From Cyanophora paradoxa CCMP329 (lineage: Eukaryota > Plantae > Glaucophyta), in the NCBI GenBank assembly GCA_004431415.1, contig QPMI01000526.1, forward strand, positions 124,001 through 188,000: 64,000 nucleotides of DNA, written 5' to 3'. The position numbers and the translations under genes are program-made. The notes beneath the pieces are model-generated. The model had not been told where the DNA came from. It was given only the letters and a program-made list of their open reading frames with translations, and made no database searches. The stretch's first letter is position 1. Each line of letters starts with the position of its first letter. This document shows, in pieces, positions 53,052-64,000 of the stretch.

Positions 53052-54965
53052 TCATCCGAGAGAGACTTTGACGCCGCGGGCGACGAGGAGCTGCTGCACG
53101 ACGGCGCGGGCCTGCGCGCGGGCGGGCGGGCGGCGAGCGCTCATTCAGGCCAGGAAAGAGGGGGGGGGGGGGGGGGGGGGAGGCGGACCTGGGGGTCCCA
53201 CGGGACGGGGCATTTGCCGACGGAGAGGAAGGAGAGGGCGCGGGGCGGGCGGAGGGCGAGGATGGCGGCGGTGGGCGGGGGCAGCCCCACGAGGCTGACG
53301 CTCCCGCAGCTCTCCGGCAGGTGCTGGAGCAGTGCGGCCGCGTCGGCGGGGTGCACGTGCTCCAGGATGATGGACGTGAGCCCGGAGGATCGGAGGGCGG
53401 CGAGCTGCGCGGCGCTCGGCCGCTGCTGCTCCTCGAGCTTCTGGAGGGAGAGGTGGCGCAGGGCGGGGCAGTGGGCGAGGGCGCCCGCGGCAAAGGCGAG
53501 GGGCCAGGCGCCCAGCGCCGGGTCGGCGATCTCCACAACGAGGTGGCGCAGGCGGGGCAGGTCGCCGGCGGCGGGCGGGGCGAGGGGCGGGCGCGGGCGC
53601 CCCCCCTCCTCCTTCCTCGTCGTGGCGAGGAGCTTGAGGAGCTCGAGGGCGGGCAGGCGGAGGCGGCCCGTCAGAGCCGCCTCGTCGAACGCGAGCCTGT
53701 GCACGCTAGTCGCGCGGGGCGCCGCGGAGAACTCCGACGCGTCGCACTCCATGAGCGAGACGTGCAGCTCCAGCGGCTGCTGCTGAGGTGCTGCTGCGGG
53801 GCCGGCAGCGGGAGCGGCGGCGGCGGGGAGGAGGAAGGGGTCCCCAGAATGGCCGCCCAGGCGCCGGCCTCGGGGGGCAGGCCGTCCAGGTAGAGAGCCT
53901 TCAGGAGCGGGTTCGCCCGCACCGCCGCCCCCGCCGCCTCCGCCACGCCCGCCGCCTCGCGGGGCGCCGCAATCTGCTCAGATCAGCTCGGCTCAGATCG
54001 ATTGGATCAGATCAAATCAGATTCGGACCTTCAGCATGCGGAGGTTGGTGCAGCGGGCCGCGGCGCGGAGATCCGCGTTCGTGGGTGTATTGTAGAGGAG
54101 GTCTGCGGGGCGCGGGGTGAGCGCAAGGGGGAGGGGGGAGAGGGGGGGGGGGGGCGCACGCGGAGGGACGAGGGATCGGGGAGGGCCTCGAGCAGCGGGG
54201 CGTGAGGCAGGTCGCCCGAGCCCGAGAAGCAGCGGAGGCCCGAGAGCGAGCCGAGGCGGGGCTCCAGGCCGCGCCAGAGGCGAGTGAGGCGCGACTTGAC
54301 GGTGCGAGCGGCCCGCGGGTCCCGGCAGCAGTGCTCGCAGCTGCACGGGAGCCGCAGGTCGACGACGAGGCCCGCGGGCCCGCCGGCAGCGCGCACGACG
54401 TCGCGCGTCCGCCTGCAGACGCGGCTGAGGGATGCCAGGCGGCGAAGGTCCTCGGGCTGCGTCAGCGGCTGGGTGCAGGCCTCCCGCAGGATCCTCAGCA
54501 CGAGGGCGTCCTCCGCGGCCGCGAGAAACTTCTCCGCGGGCGAGGGCAGCGCCGCCGAGGATGTTCCCGCGTCGGATGCTGCAGCTGCGGCCGGCTTTGG
54601 GCGGTTTGGCTTCGCTGTTGCGCCGGCGCCGGCGCCGCTGCCCCGGGAGCCGGAGCCGCCGACGTTGGGTCCTCCGCCGAACACCATCTGGAAGCGGTCC
54701 TGCGGGTCCACGTCCTGCAGCCCGTGCATCTCCGGGAACATCATGGCCATGATTTGATCCACTGAACGCGCGCGTACGTGCTGGTCAGCGATGTCCATGC
54801 GATAACAAGTAACTCGGAGCGCACTGTTCGGATTCGCAGCGATGCTCGATCGGCCTCCCCCCATTACAGCGCTCAGCCTGCGCGAGCACACGCTCGAGCC
54901 GTGTTGGGGAGCTCGAGGCGGGCCCAAGTGCACCTTCGAGCGACGTCGTTTAAATTTGGGTCCAT
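53052..54965 (-). CDS. F-box-like/leucine-rich-repeat protein
   Basis: EDALVLRIL..LASLSRVCRRTRDVV is F-box-like. LRR-like segments: CTNLRMLK, PLLKALYL, LPRLRHLVV, CPALRHLSL and LTSIIL. Confidence 0.6.
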
Positions 54966-55717
54966 CGCGAAATCACGTCGAGGAGAGCTGCTTCCGAGGC
55001 GGAGGGCCCTACGGGCGGTTAACCGGTTGTCTGGTCGATGGTGCAGACGCAGGGCCAAGGAGCACCGGTTCCTGCGCCCCGCCTCAACGTGAGATGGGAG
55101 CGCGAGCAGCGGACAGCGCAACGCCGGCGAACCGCGGCGTCGCGTAACCGCAGCGGATGCAGCTTCGGGGGCGGAGAGTCGAGGGATGCGCGCTGGTCCC
55201 GATTTCGCTGCGCGCTGCGTCGCTCGCCGCCCTTCTCGCTTCGCGCAAGCCTCAAATCGCTGGCCGCCGCCGGGCTGCTGAGATCGAGTACTAGTTCTAG
55301 CCTATATAGCTAGTAGTGGGCCGCACCTCTACCCGGGACAGACTTCGCCCCCCGGTGGCCCAGTGGAGCAGCTAGCTATAGCTAGCGCTATAGCGCTGCT
55401 CACGCGTGCCGCAGTGCGGATTCCCGCCGCGGCCCGCCGTCACGGCGTGCGCGCCGATACGATATCCCCCCAGACGCGCCGGTGGAGACCTGCGTTCATG
55501 CCTGCCCGGCCCGTCCGATGGTCGACGTCGTATACGTACTGCGGTACGTCCCCGTCCCCGCCGCCGGCCTCCTAGGCCTCCTCCTCTTCGGGCCATGCGG
55601 GCCATGCGGGGAAGTGTTGTCGCTGACATGTATTAGCGATTCGACGACCGTCGGACATCGCACGCGCACGCGTCGCAGCGCGGCGGGCGGGCGGGAGAGC
55701 CGATCGAGGGCGGCCGC

Positions 55718-58700
55718 CTAGCGCCGCTGGTCGAAGAGGCGCGTGCCCTCGTCGAAGGCGAAAGGTCGCCTGCGGTCCCGCCCCCGCGCCTCCCGCACGA
55801 ACCAGCGCCCCGCGAGAGCCGCCGCGGAGCCCGCCGGCCCGCCGAGGACGCCCGTGCCGCCCGCGGCGCTCCCCACGCCGGCCTGGCGGCCCGGCGGGGC
55901 CTGCTCCGACTCGGCGTAGATGTCGAGGCAACCCTGCGGGCGGAGCGGATCAAATTCGAGCGCTAGCCGCGAACGGGCCCGGGCCGGATTCGAACCAGGA
56001 GGCGCTTCATCTGGAACGAGAGGAGGTACGCCTCGGCACCGGGGGGTACGAGCTCGTGCACGTACACGTTCACCTCCAGCTCGATCGCCTGCGCCCGAAA
56101 CTGAGCTCACGAGTGGCGTACCCCGGCTGAAAACAATTAACGTACCCGGGCGACGTTCTCGGAGCCGGGGAGCGGGGCGCCCGGGGCGGGGGAGGCGGCT
56201 CGGGGCGCGGCGCCGCCCGTCCGCGTGATCGACAGGACCGTGAAGCGGGGCGGGCGGAGGGGGTACTCGGCCGTGACCTCCACCGTCGCCTCCATGGCCA
56301 CTGGCGGGGGGGGGGGGGGGGGGGGACGGGTTGAGCCGGAGCCGGGGAGGGTACGCGATTCGGGGAGGATGAGAAGAGGGGGGTACCGCCGTCGGGACGC
56401 TTGGCGAGGGCGCGGAAGGAGCGGGCGCCGTGGCGGAGCCAAGCGGCGTCGGCGGGCGCTCCCGCGCCCGTCGAATCGACGTCCATCGCCTGCGCGGGCT
56501 CGCAAAAGGGGGGGGGAGGGGAAGGGAGGGGGGGTAGAGGCGCGCACGTCGGCTCCGCCGCTGCGGCGCGGCGCGGTGGCGACGAGCTGGCCCCTGCCAG
56601 AGACTCAGCGATACGAAAGCAAGCAAGCCAAGGCGCCTAATGAAAGTGGAGCGAAATAAAGCGAGTGTCTTCTATGTAAAAGGGCGCGGCGCACTTGGGA
56701 AGCTCGGCGAAGAGGGCGATGCGTGCCGACTCCGGCACGGCGGCGGCCGGCGCGGCCGCGAAGCCCAGGCCCGGCGGGAGGTGCACGTCGCCCTTGCCTG
56801 CGCCCCCCGCGTGAGGGAGGCCGCGGGCACGGGGCCGGCCGGCGGGGGGCGGGGCGGGGTGCCGATGGGGCAGCGAGGAGGGGCTGGAGGGCCGGTCGGA
56901 GCGCTGGAAACCCATTTCTAGAACGAGCGCTTAGAGCTCAAGAGCTAGGCGCAGCCGGTCCCTCCTCCTTCGGTCCCATAGCGAACTTGAAGTTTAGCTA
57001 GTATGAGAAGAGTAGATCAAAGAATGTAGTGGAGGAGCTTGAAGTTCCGAAAGCTCGACCGACTCTAAGATTCTGACTGGTTTCCCAGTTCATTTACTAT
57101 GAGATTCCGCTCCGTTTCCTAGTTCATTTCATTTAGGCTCCCCGGCGCACCCAGGAAGTCGAGGAGTCCGGAGAGGACCGACCGGCCCCGCAGGCGGCTC
57201 CGGATCGCCTGCGTGCGGGCGGGGGGTACGGGGTTCAGAGGGGGGTACGCTTCCCTCTTTTTTTTACTTCTGCGCGGCATTCGCGTACCTGGACCACCGT
57301 GCGGATGCGCTGGTGCTCGGGTGACACGATGTCGGCGGCGGGCGGGGCCGGCGCCCCTGCGTCCCCGTCCCACGCGCCCCTGCCGCCGGGCCGTCGGAAG
57401 GGGGAAGAAAGTAGGGGGGAGGGGGGGGGGGAGTACGGGCGCACTGGGGGAACTCCGGGAGGAAGGAGAGGCCGGCGGCCCACTGGGCCCACTTGAAGGG
57501 GCGCCCAGGGTACCCCGCGGCGAACTTGAATCGGCCCGCCCTGTACCCCGCCGACCGACCCGTCAGCTGCGACCGGGGGAGGGGAGCTAGGTACGGGGGG
57601 GGGTACGGGGCGCGCGCCCGCCGGCGGTGTGGTGGTTGGCGGGGTTGGGCGTCTCCTCGCCCGTGTCGTCCGGGAAGAGATTCGCCAGCAGGGAGGCAGC
57701 GCTGCGCGGGGCCCGCAGGTTAGGAAGAGGGCCCGCAGGTTAGAAAGAGGGCACTATCTTTCTTAAGAAGGCTCGATCGCCAGCAGCTTTAAGAAAACTA
57801 CGGCTACAAAGGTCTTTATTGTGTTTCTTAAAGCGTTATACTCTTAGCACGCACGATTCGACGGCACCCCCGGAGGAGCCGCCCCCGACGAGAGCGGCGG
57901 CCGCGGCGCCCGGCATGAGCGCGCCCAGTCCTGAGCTGCCGCCGGCGGCCCCGGGGGCAGGCGACGCGGCCCCCTCGCCCGGCGCCGACGAGGACGGCCG
58001 CGCCTCGTCCTTGGCCTGAAAAGAGGCGTCGGAGGGGGGCGAGCAAGCACGCGGGGGTAGAGATTTAGACGGGGGGTACTACCTTCTCGGTGGCGACCGT
58101 GACGACGTTGAGCTTGGGGAGGTACTCGAATCGGAGGGCGATCGGGCGCGGGAACTTCGAGCGGGACTTGCCTGCGGCGAAAGTGGGCCCGGGGGGTACG
58201 GGAAGAGGAGGATGCATGCAAAGGGGGGTACCGTCCTCGCGGATCTCGAGCACGACGGAGAGCGGGTGAGGCTTGTAGAGGCCGCCCGGTGTGGCGGGCG
58301 GAGGAGGCCCCGCGGCCTGCGGCACGGGCGACGAGGCGCGCGCGCGGGCGGCGGCGCCGCCGGCGGGCGCCGCGCCCCCGTCCGCGTCCATCGCATCCTC
58401 CTCCTTCACCGTCTGCGGCGGCAAACCGTAAGAGGAGCTCGAGGATTAAGATGAGGAGGCGGCGCACGGCTGCGCCGTCAGACTTTCGGGATCGCCGGCG
58501 GCCCGCCCCTTCGTCGTCGTCATCGACCGCGCCTTCCTCGGCGGGGGCGGCGGCCGCCGCCGCGGTCGAGGCGGCGGCGGCGGCCGCCGCCGCCGCCGCG
58601 GCGAGGCCGGCGGCGCTCGAGGCCTCCTCCTCCTCCGCCGCGCGCGCCGCCCACTCCTTCGCGTCCCGCGAGCTGCCGGAGATAGACACCTCCACGAATT

Positions 58701-59883
58701 GATCTGCGGCGCCGCTTAGCTTAGCTCCGAATTGATCTGCGGCGCCGCCCCGCCCCGCCCAGCGCCGCCCCGCCCCGCCGCACCGAACGCTTCTTTGTAG
58801 GCCGTGAGCTGAGAGAAAAGCACGTAGAGAGGGGCCGGGAGCAGCATCGCGGTGGAGTGCGCCTTGCGCTGCTTCGTCTTGTTGTACCCCAGGTACTGCT
58901 GCAGCGGCTCGGTGCCCTTGAGCACGTCCTTCAGCTGCGACTTGAGCCCCTCGAAGAACTTCTTGCGGTCCTGGTTGGACGTCGCCATAAGCTTTTTGCG
59001 GCCCCGCAGCTCCTTCAGCTTGTCCTCTAGCCTGCGCGCCGCGCGGAGGTGAGCGGCGCGCGCCGCGGATTCGAACGCGGAGCGCCAGCGTACTCCTTGC
59101 GCTGGTGGAGCTCGTAGGCGAGGCGGGCGAGGATCAATTTGTGCTCCCGCTCGCGCTCGTCGGCGAACGCGGTTGCTCGCTGCTCCGCGGGGAGCCGCGC
59201 CAAGTCCGACTCGCTCGGCCGCTGCGGGAGCTGCAGGCCTTGCCGGAAGCTCTCCGCCGCCGGGTCCGCGAGGAACTCCGCCTCGCTGATCCAGACCTTC
59301 TCGACGCTCTCGAACTCGCGCGGCCTGCCGCCCGGTCGCCTGGCGCGTGCACGCAAGGCGGCGGCGACGAGGGGCGCACCGGTAGTCCCGGCAGCGCTGG
59401 ATCTCCTTCATGAAATGGTTCTTTTCGTACAGCAGGTTCTGTAGCTGGAGATTGCACGCGTCCAGCTCCTTCCGCCGCTCCGCGTTGTGCAGCTTGGCAG
59501 CCTCGGCGGCAAGCTGGGCTGCTCCCGCGCGGCGCGGTCAGCCCGGGCGCCCGCGGCCCGGCCATTCGAACCGCGTACGGACCGTCGCGGTTCTGCTGCT
59601 TGAGGTCCACGAACATCATCGAAATGGAGAGCATGAGCTTCTTCACGTCCTCGCTGACAGCCGCGGGCTTCTGCGGGGCGAGGACGCGATATCAATCCAA
59701 CCGCACGTGCGAATGAGTCGCCCGGATGCGTACCTCGGCCGTCCCGTCGCCGATCCGCTTCTTAGCATCCATAAGCCGGCCCAGCGCCGCGCGGATCGCG
59801 TCGCACGTAGCATGGAGCTCGACTACCGTCTCCACCTTCCTCCTCTTCCCTCCGCTGTCGATGTCCATCGCACTCGCCGACAT
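55718..59883 (-). CDS. THOC5: THO complex subunit 5
   Basis: FVDLKQQNR, LDACNLQLQNLLYEKNHFMKEIQRC, HKLILARLAYELHQRK, LLPAPLYVLF, YKPHPLSV and FEYLPKLNVVTV. Confidence 0.92.
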
Positions 59884-59999
59884 CGCTCCGGACGACGGTA
59901 TCCCCCAAACGCGAGTCCAAGAAGTCCAAGCCGAGCGAACTAGACATCTAGCAATCTCCGGCTCGTTTGAAGCATACAGAGCGTCGCGCCACGTGGGGC

Positions 60000-60720
60000 A
60001 TGGCCTCGCCGCTGCCGCCAGCGAGCGGGTCGGCGAGCGGGCCGGCAAAGTCCGAGCGGGCGGCGCGGCTCGAGGAGGAGTTCCTCAGGCGGCTCGACCG
60101 CGACATAGCGACGCTGCAGGAGAGCTTCATGGGCATCGTGCGGGCCGCCAAGGTGCGGCAGTGCTCGCTTCGCGGTCGTGCAGCCCTGACTGGCCCGCCG
60201 CGGCGCTCGCGCAGATCGAGGAGAAGGACCAGGTGCAAAGGCAGAAGTTCGAGATCGACGTGCGCGCTCAGAGCATGGTCCGCGCCCGTCCCGCGCCCGC
60301 GCACCCGGGCCGCGCTCGACCCGTCTGCAGGTCTTCGCGGGCCAGTCGCTCAGCAAGCTGATCTCGGAGCTGCGAGAATCGGCCCTCAAGCACGACTTCG
60401 CGCGGCTAAACCGCCAGGTCGACGCCCAGGTCAGCCCCCGAGCCGCCCAGCTCCTCCCGGCGACTATCCCAAATCAAATTCCGGCGCACGTACAGGAAGC
60501 GCGGTTCGCGGAGCAGCGGGAGCTGATCGAGTCGCGGATGGAGGAACTCGCGCAAGGCGTCGACTCGGCGCTGCACGAGCTTGAGGCGCACTACAACGCC
60601 TCCAGGCACCGGGTCGAGGAGGACCCGCTCTCCGGGGGTACCGGCAGCTTTGGCGGCTTCGGCTCGGGGGCAGGCGCGGGGCAGGGCCAGGACAGGCTCG
60701 AGGGCGCCGGGGGCACGTAG
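60000..60720 (+). CDS. MED22: Mediator subunit 22
   Basis: RLDRDIATLQESFMGIVRAAK, FEIDVRAQSM|VFAGQSLSKLISELRE..DFARLN and LHELEAHYN. Confidence 0.88.
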
Positions 60721-60813
60721 GCGAGTTCTCCGCGCCCTCTGTAGAATGAATGAAAGGACTCGCGTTCGACACGGGGCGGGGCGATTCCCTACGGCCGCTC
60801 CCTACGGCCCCGC

Positions 60814-62926
60814 CTACGCCGCCACGCGGGCGCGCTTGTCGCCGCCCGCCAGAATTTCCAAGTCCCTCAGATCCCGCTCAAGCACCGCCTGCACGTACCC
60901 CCCGTCAAAGAAGAAGGGGAGGAGGGCGGGCAGGGTGGAGGGCTTCCAAGCACCATGAGCTTCTTGATGCCAGTCTGCTGTCCCTCGAGGACCTTGTAGA
61001 TGCGCTGGAGGTTCTGGTCGTCGATGGAGTCGCCTGCGCCCGAGGCGGGGCCCCCGTCCGCAAGCATATGCGCCGAGGCCGAGGACTGCAGCCGCTGTAT
61101 CCGGCCCTTGAACTCGCCCGGCTTCTCCAGCTCCTTGTGGATCTGGAGGGGTACGAGTGAGTTCTTCAGGGCCCGCGGGGGGTACGGGAAACGAGCCGGC
61201 CGGGCCGACCTGGTCGAGCTTGGACCAGAACTGCTCCTCCTCGGCGAGGAGGGGTACGCCCGCCGCCTTGACCGTCTCAACGAGCCGCATGACCTGGGGC
61301 GGGGCCGGCTCGCGCCCGGGAGTACGGAAGGCGGGCGGGGGGGTACGCGAACCGAGAGGAGCCGGTGGGCCAGGTGGGAGTGCCGGTCGCGGCACTCGGC
61401 GACGCGGGCGGCGACCTCCAGCTCCTGCTTCTGGCGCATCGCGCGGAGCTTCTCCTCCATCTCCTGCGGGGCGGCGGGTCAGCGGAACGGGAGGGAGCCG
61501 GGGGGGAAGAGGGCGGAGGAAAAGGCGGACCGTGATACGGGTACGGTGAATCGCGACCATCTTGTCCTGCTCCTGTACCCGCAGCCTTAGGTCCTGGAAG
61601 CCCGTCGCCTGCACGGGGTACAGCCTGCGAGCGGGTCCGAGTCGGCGGGGGGAAAGGCAGAGAGGTAGGCGGGGTACGGGCGCACGTGGAGGGGTCCGGG
61701 TTGTTCTTGACGGCGTGAAGCCAGAGTGACTCCTGAAAGTTCTGCGGACGCTGCGGGGTATGGTGGTAAGTCCGGGGGTACGTATGGGAGGGAGCGAGGT
61801 ACGCGGATCCGCGGACCTGCTGGTACCGGGCCGCCTCCTTCGGATCGTCCAGGACGTTGTATAGCACGGTCTGCGGCGCGGGTTCGAATCCGCGGAGGAT
61901 AGGATTTGCAGGGGTACGTACGCGGAAGCGGCAGCTGGGGTTGGCGGGGTCGGGATTGTAGGCGGCGATGAGGGATTCCCACGGGGGCGGCGGCTGCGCG
62001 GGCGCGGCGGCTGTGGGGGCGACTGTGCGGGAGTGAGGCGCGGCGGATGCGAGAGTGAGAGAGGGTTACAAGCGCACGGGAGAAGGGCTTTGCGCCTCCG
62101 AAGAGGCCGCCGGTGGTGGAGGTGGAAGGGGTAGAGAAGGAGAAAGTGGATGTGCCGGCGGCGGGCGCGCTGGTCCCGAACAGGCCGGTACCCGTCGACG
62201 ATGGCTGCGTGCTCGCACCGAACAGACCTGCGCGGGCCGCGTGAGGCGATGCGGCGCGGGCGGCTCGCCCGGCGGCGCGCACCGCCGGTTGTGGACGTGC
62301 CGGCGGCGGGCGTTGAGGAGAAGCTGAAACTGCTGGGCGCCGCCGCTGTGGAGGTGGCCGTGGTCCCGAAGTTGAATCCCGTGCTTGTCCCAGCTGCGGG
62401 CGCCGTGCCGAACGCCGAAGTTGTGCTCGCGCCGAAGGGCTGCAGGGACAGCGAGCACGGGGCGGGCGTCAGAATGAGCGGCGCGCGTGGAAACCCTGCC
62501 AGCAGGCGCTAGGATTCGCTCTCCCGCGCCGAGGCCGCACCGTGCTGGTCGCGGGGGCGCCGAATGGCGAAGCAGTCGCGCCGGTTGCCCCCGGAGTCGA
62601 CGCGGGCTGTGCGCTCGTCCCGAAGTCTGACAGGCGTGTGAGCACGGCAGGGACAAACGGGAAAGCGCTCAGCTAGAGCGGCTCAAACGATCCCGCGACG
62701 CACTGAAGCTGGAGGTAGGCGCGGGAGTCCCAAAGGCCGATGGCTGTGTCGCGGTGGTCGCACCGCCGAAGCTGAAGGATGGCGTGGAGGTTTGGGTCGT
62801 CCCGAACGCCGGCGCGGAGCTGGAGGTGCCGAACGCCGGGGCGGCTGCTGCTGGCGTTGAAGAGGACCCGAAGCTAAATGAAGGCGTCCCGCCCGCCGCG
62901 GGCGTCGTCCCGAAGCTGAACGACAT
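60814..62926 (-). CDS. NUP54: FG nucleoporin Nup54/Nup57
   Basis: FG-rich N-terminus, then YNPDPANPSCRF|TVLYNV, LWLHAVKNNPDP, GFQDLRLR and LEGQQTGIKKLM|AVLERDLRDL. Confidence 0.88.
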
Positions 62927-63086
62927 GGCGCACTTTCCGGGGTACGCGTCGGCCCACCCAGTCTACCCCCCAGCCGAGCTCGCGGCTCGCCGCGGCGCGC
63001 AGCTTGGGCCGCAGCGCCGGCGCGCTGCTGTGCTCCCCTCTCGCGCACGAGAGCGCTGGCTCCTCGCGACGAAACCTTCGCAGCGA

Positions 63087-64000
63087 ATGTCGAGCGCTCG
63101 CCTGCCGCCCTCTCTTCCCTGCCCCTCTTGCCAGGCAATTTGTCCGTTGTTGAAGGTCAAAAAGCTGAACCAGAATCAGTGCGAAGCCCGTCGCAGCGGC
63201 CCATTTGTTAACCATCTCCGACTTGGCGCCGTGCGCAGCGGCCGCCTTTTTTACAGTTGCTTCAGAGGCAAGTGCAAGGAGTACAAGTGGGCTGACGAGC
63301 CCCCCTTCCAAACTTGGGTGCATTCGTTTCCTGCAATTGATCGATCGTAACTTTCCGTTGGGGGAGCGCTCGCACACCGTTTAAAGCGCGGCAGGTGAGT
63401 TCGCGCAAGTCAGGAGCATCATTTGGAGGCGCTGCGGCGTTCCAAGGCAGCTCTTCTGGGACGCCCTGCGGTTCCTCTGCTGGGGCGCGCAGCTCTGCTG
63501 CAGCTGGGGCGCCCCGCAGTAGCAGCGAAGCAAGCGGAGCAGCGCGCTCCTCAACCGATTTGGCTCTTCAGATCGCGTTCCAGGCCCGCGCGTCCCGCCT
63601 GCACGCGCTTTCTCCAGCCGACAACGCCGCTGCGCAGATGCTCGCCCCAGACCGCTTCGCCGCCAGCTCGAACATCTATCACGAAGCAACAAAGCGCACG
63701 TTCGAATCCAAGGAGCATCACGGAGTGTTCGGTGCCCGCGCCGTCCCGCCGCCCGCGTCCCGCGCCCGATGCCAAGCGATCGGCCAGCGCAGATTCCCAG
63801 AAGGAGATCTGGACGTACAAATACTCGAGCAGCTACAACGCCCTCGTCGAGGCCTGCCGCCGCATCCCCGGCGCGGAGATTCACTTGATACCCCCCGAGG
63901 TCTTCAAGCAATTCCAGGCGCGTGCGCTTCGGATTCAACTGCAGCTCTAGATCTTGCTTTTCCTTATAGTTCTTGAAAATTGATCCCTCTCCTGGGCGCC
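63087..64000 (+). CDS. Paralog of the SMARCAL1-like N-terminus (GRF zinc finger plus HARP-like region); incomplete at window edge
   Basis: CPSCQ..KVKKLNQNH|GRLFYSCFRGKCKEYKWAD, MLAPDRFAASSNIYHE and IWTYKYSSSYNALVEACRRIPGAEIHLIPPEV, with the same intron positions as 10280-11116. Confidence 0.85.

Overview
A GC-rich, intron-dense eukaryotic window with short introns and many GC-AG donors. The raw ORF track is mostly uninformative, so I assembled gene models by hand from splice signals; exon boundaries are approximate. A plastid-type leader on CRY-DASH suggests an alga (glaucophyte-like, inference only). Conserved genes are a SMARCAL1-like SNF2 helicase with a GRF zinc finger, cryptochrome DASH, DDX41, THOC5, MED22 and NUP54. 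Also present are an acylated ARM-repeat protein, an RRM/RS protein, a secreted beta-propeller, an F-box/LRR-like protein and a second GRF/HARP-like paralog at the right edge. The most notable feature is an AT-richer island at about 22.5-33.3 kb with a mirror-symmetric cluster NADAR1(-) ART1(+) ART2(-) NADAR2(+). This is two divergent pairs of a zinc-finger PARP-like ADP-ribosyltransferase and a NADAR hydrolase. One pair looks catalytically intact (H-Y-E ART; NADAR fused to about four CBM20-like domains). The other is co-degenerate (ART lacks the catalytic Tyr and Glu; NADAR is disrupted). It is a candidate eukaryotic ART-NADAR toxin/antidote or writer/eraser system. Other patterns include intronic echoes of exon ends, an apparent CpA>TpA bias in gene bodies, palindromic arrays and pervasive head-to-head gene pairs.
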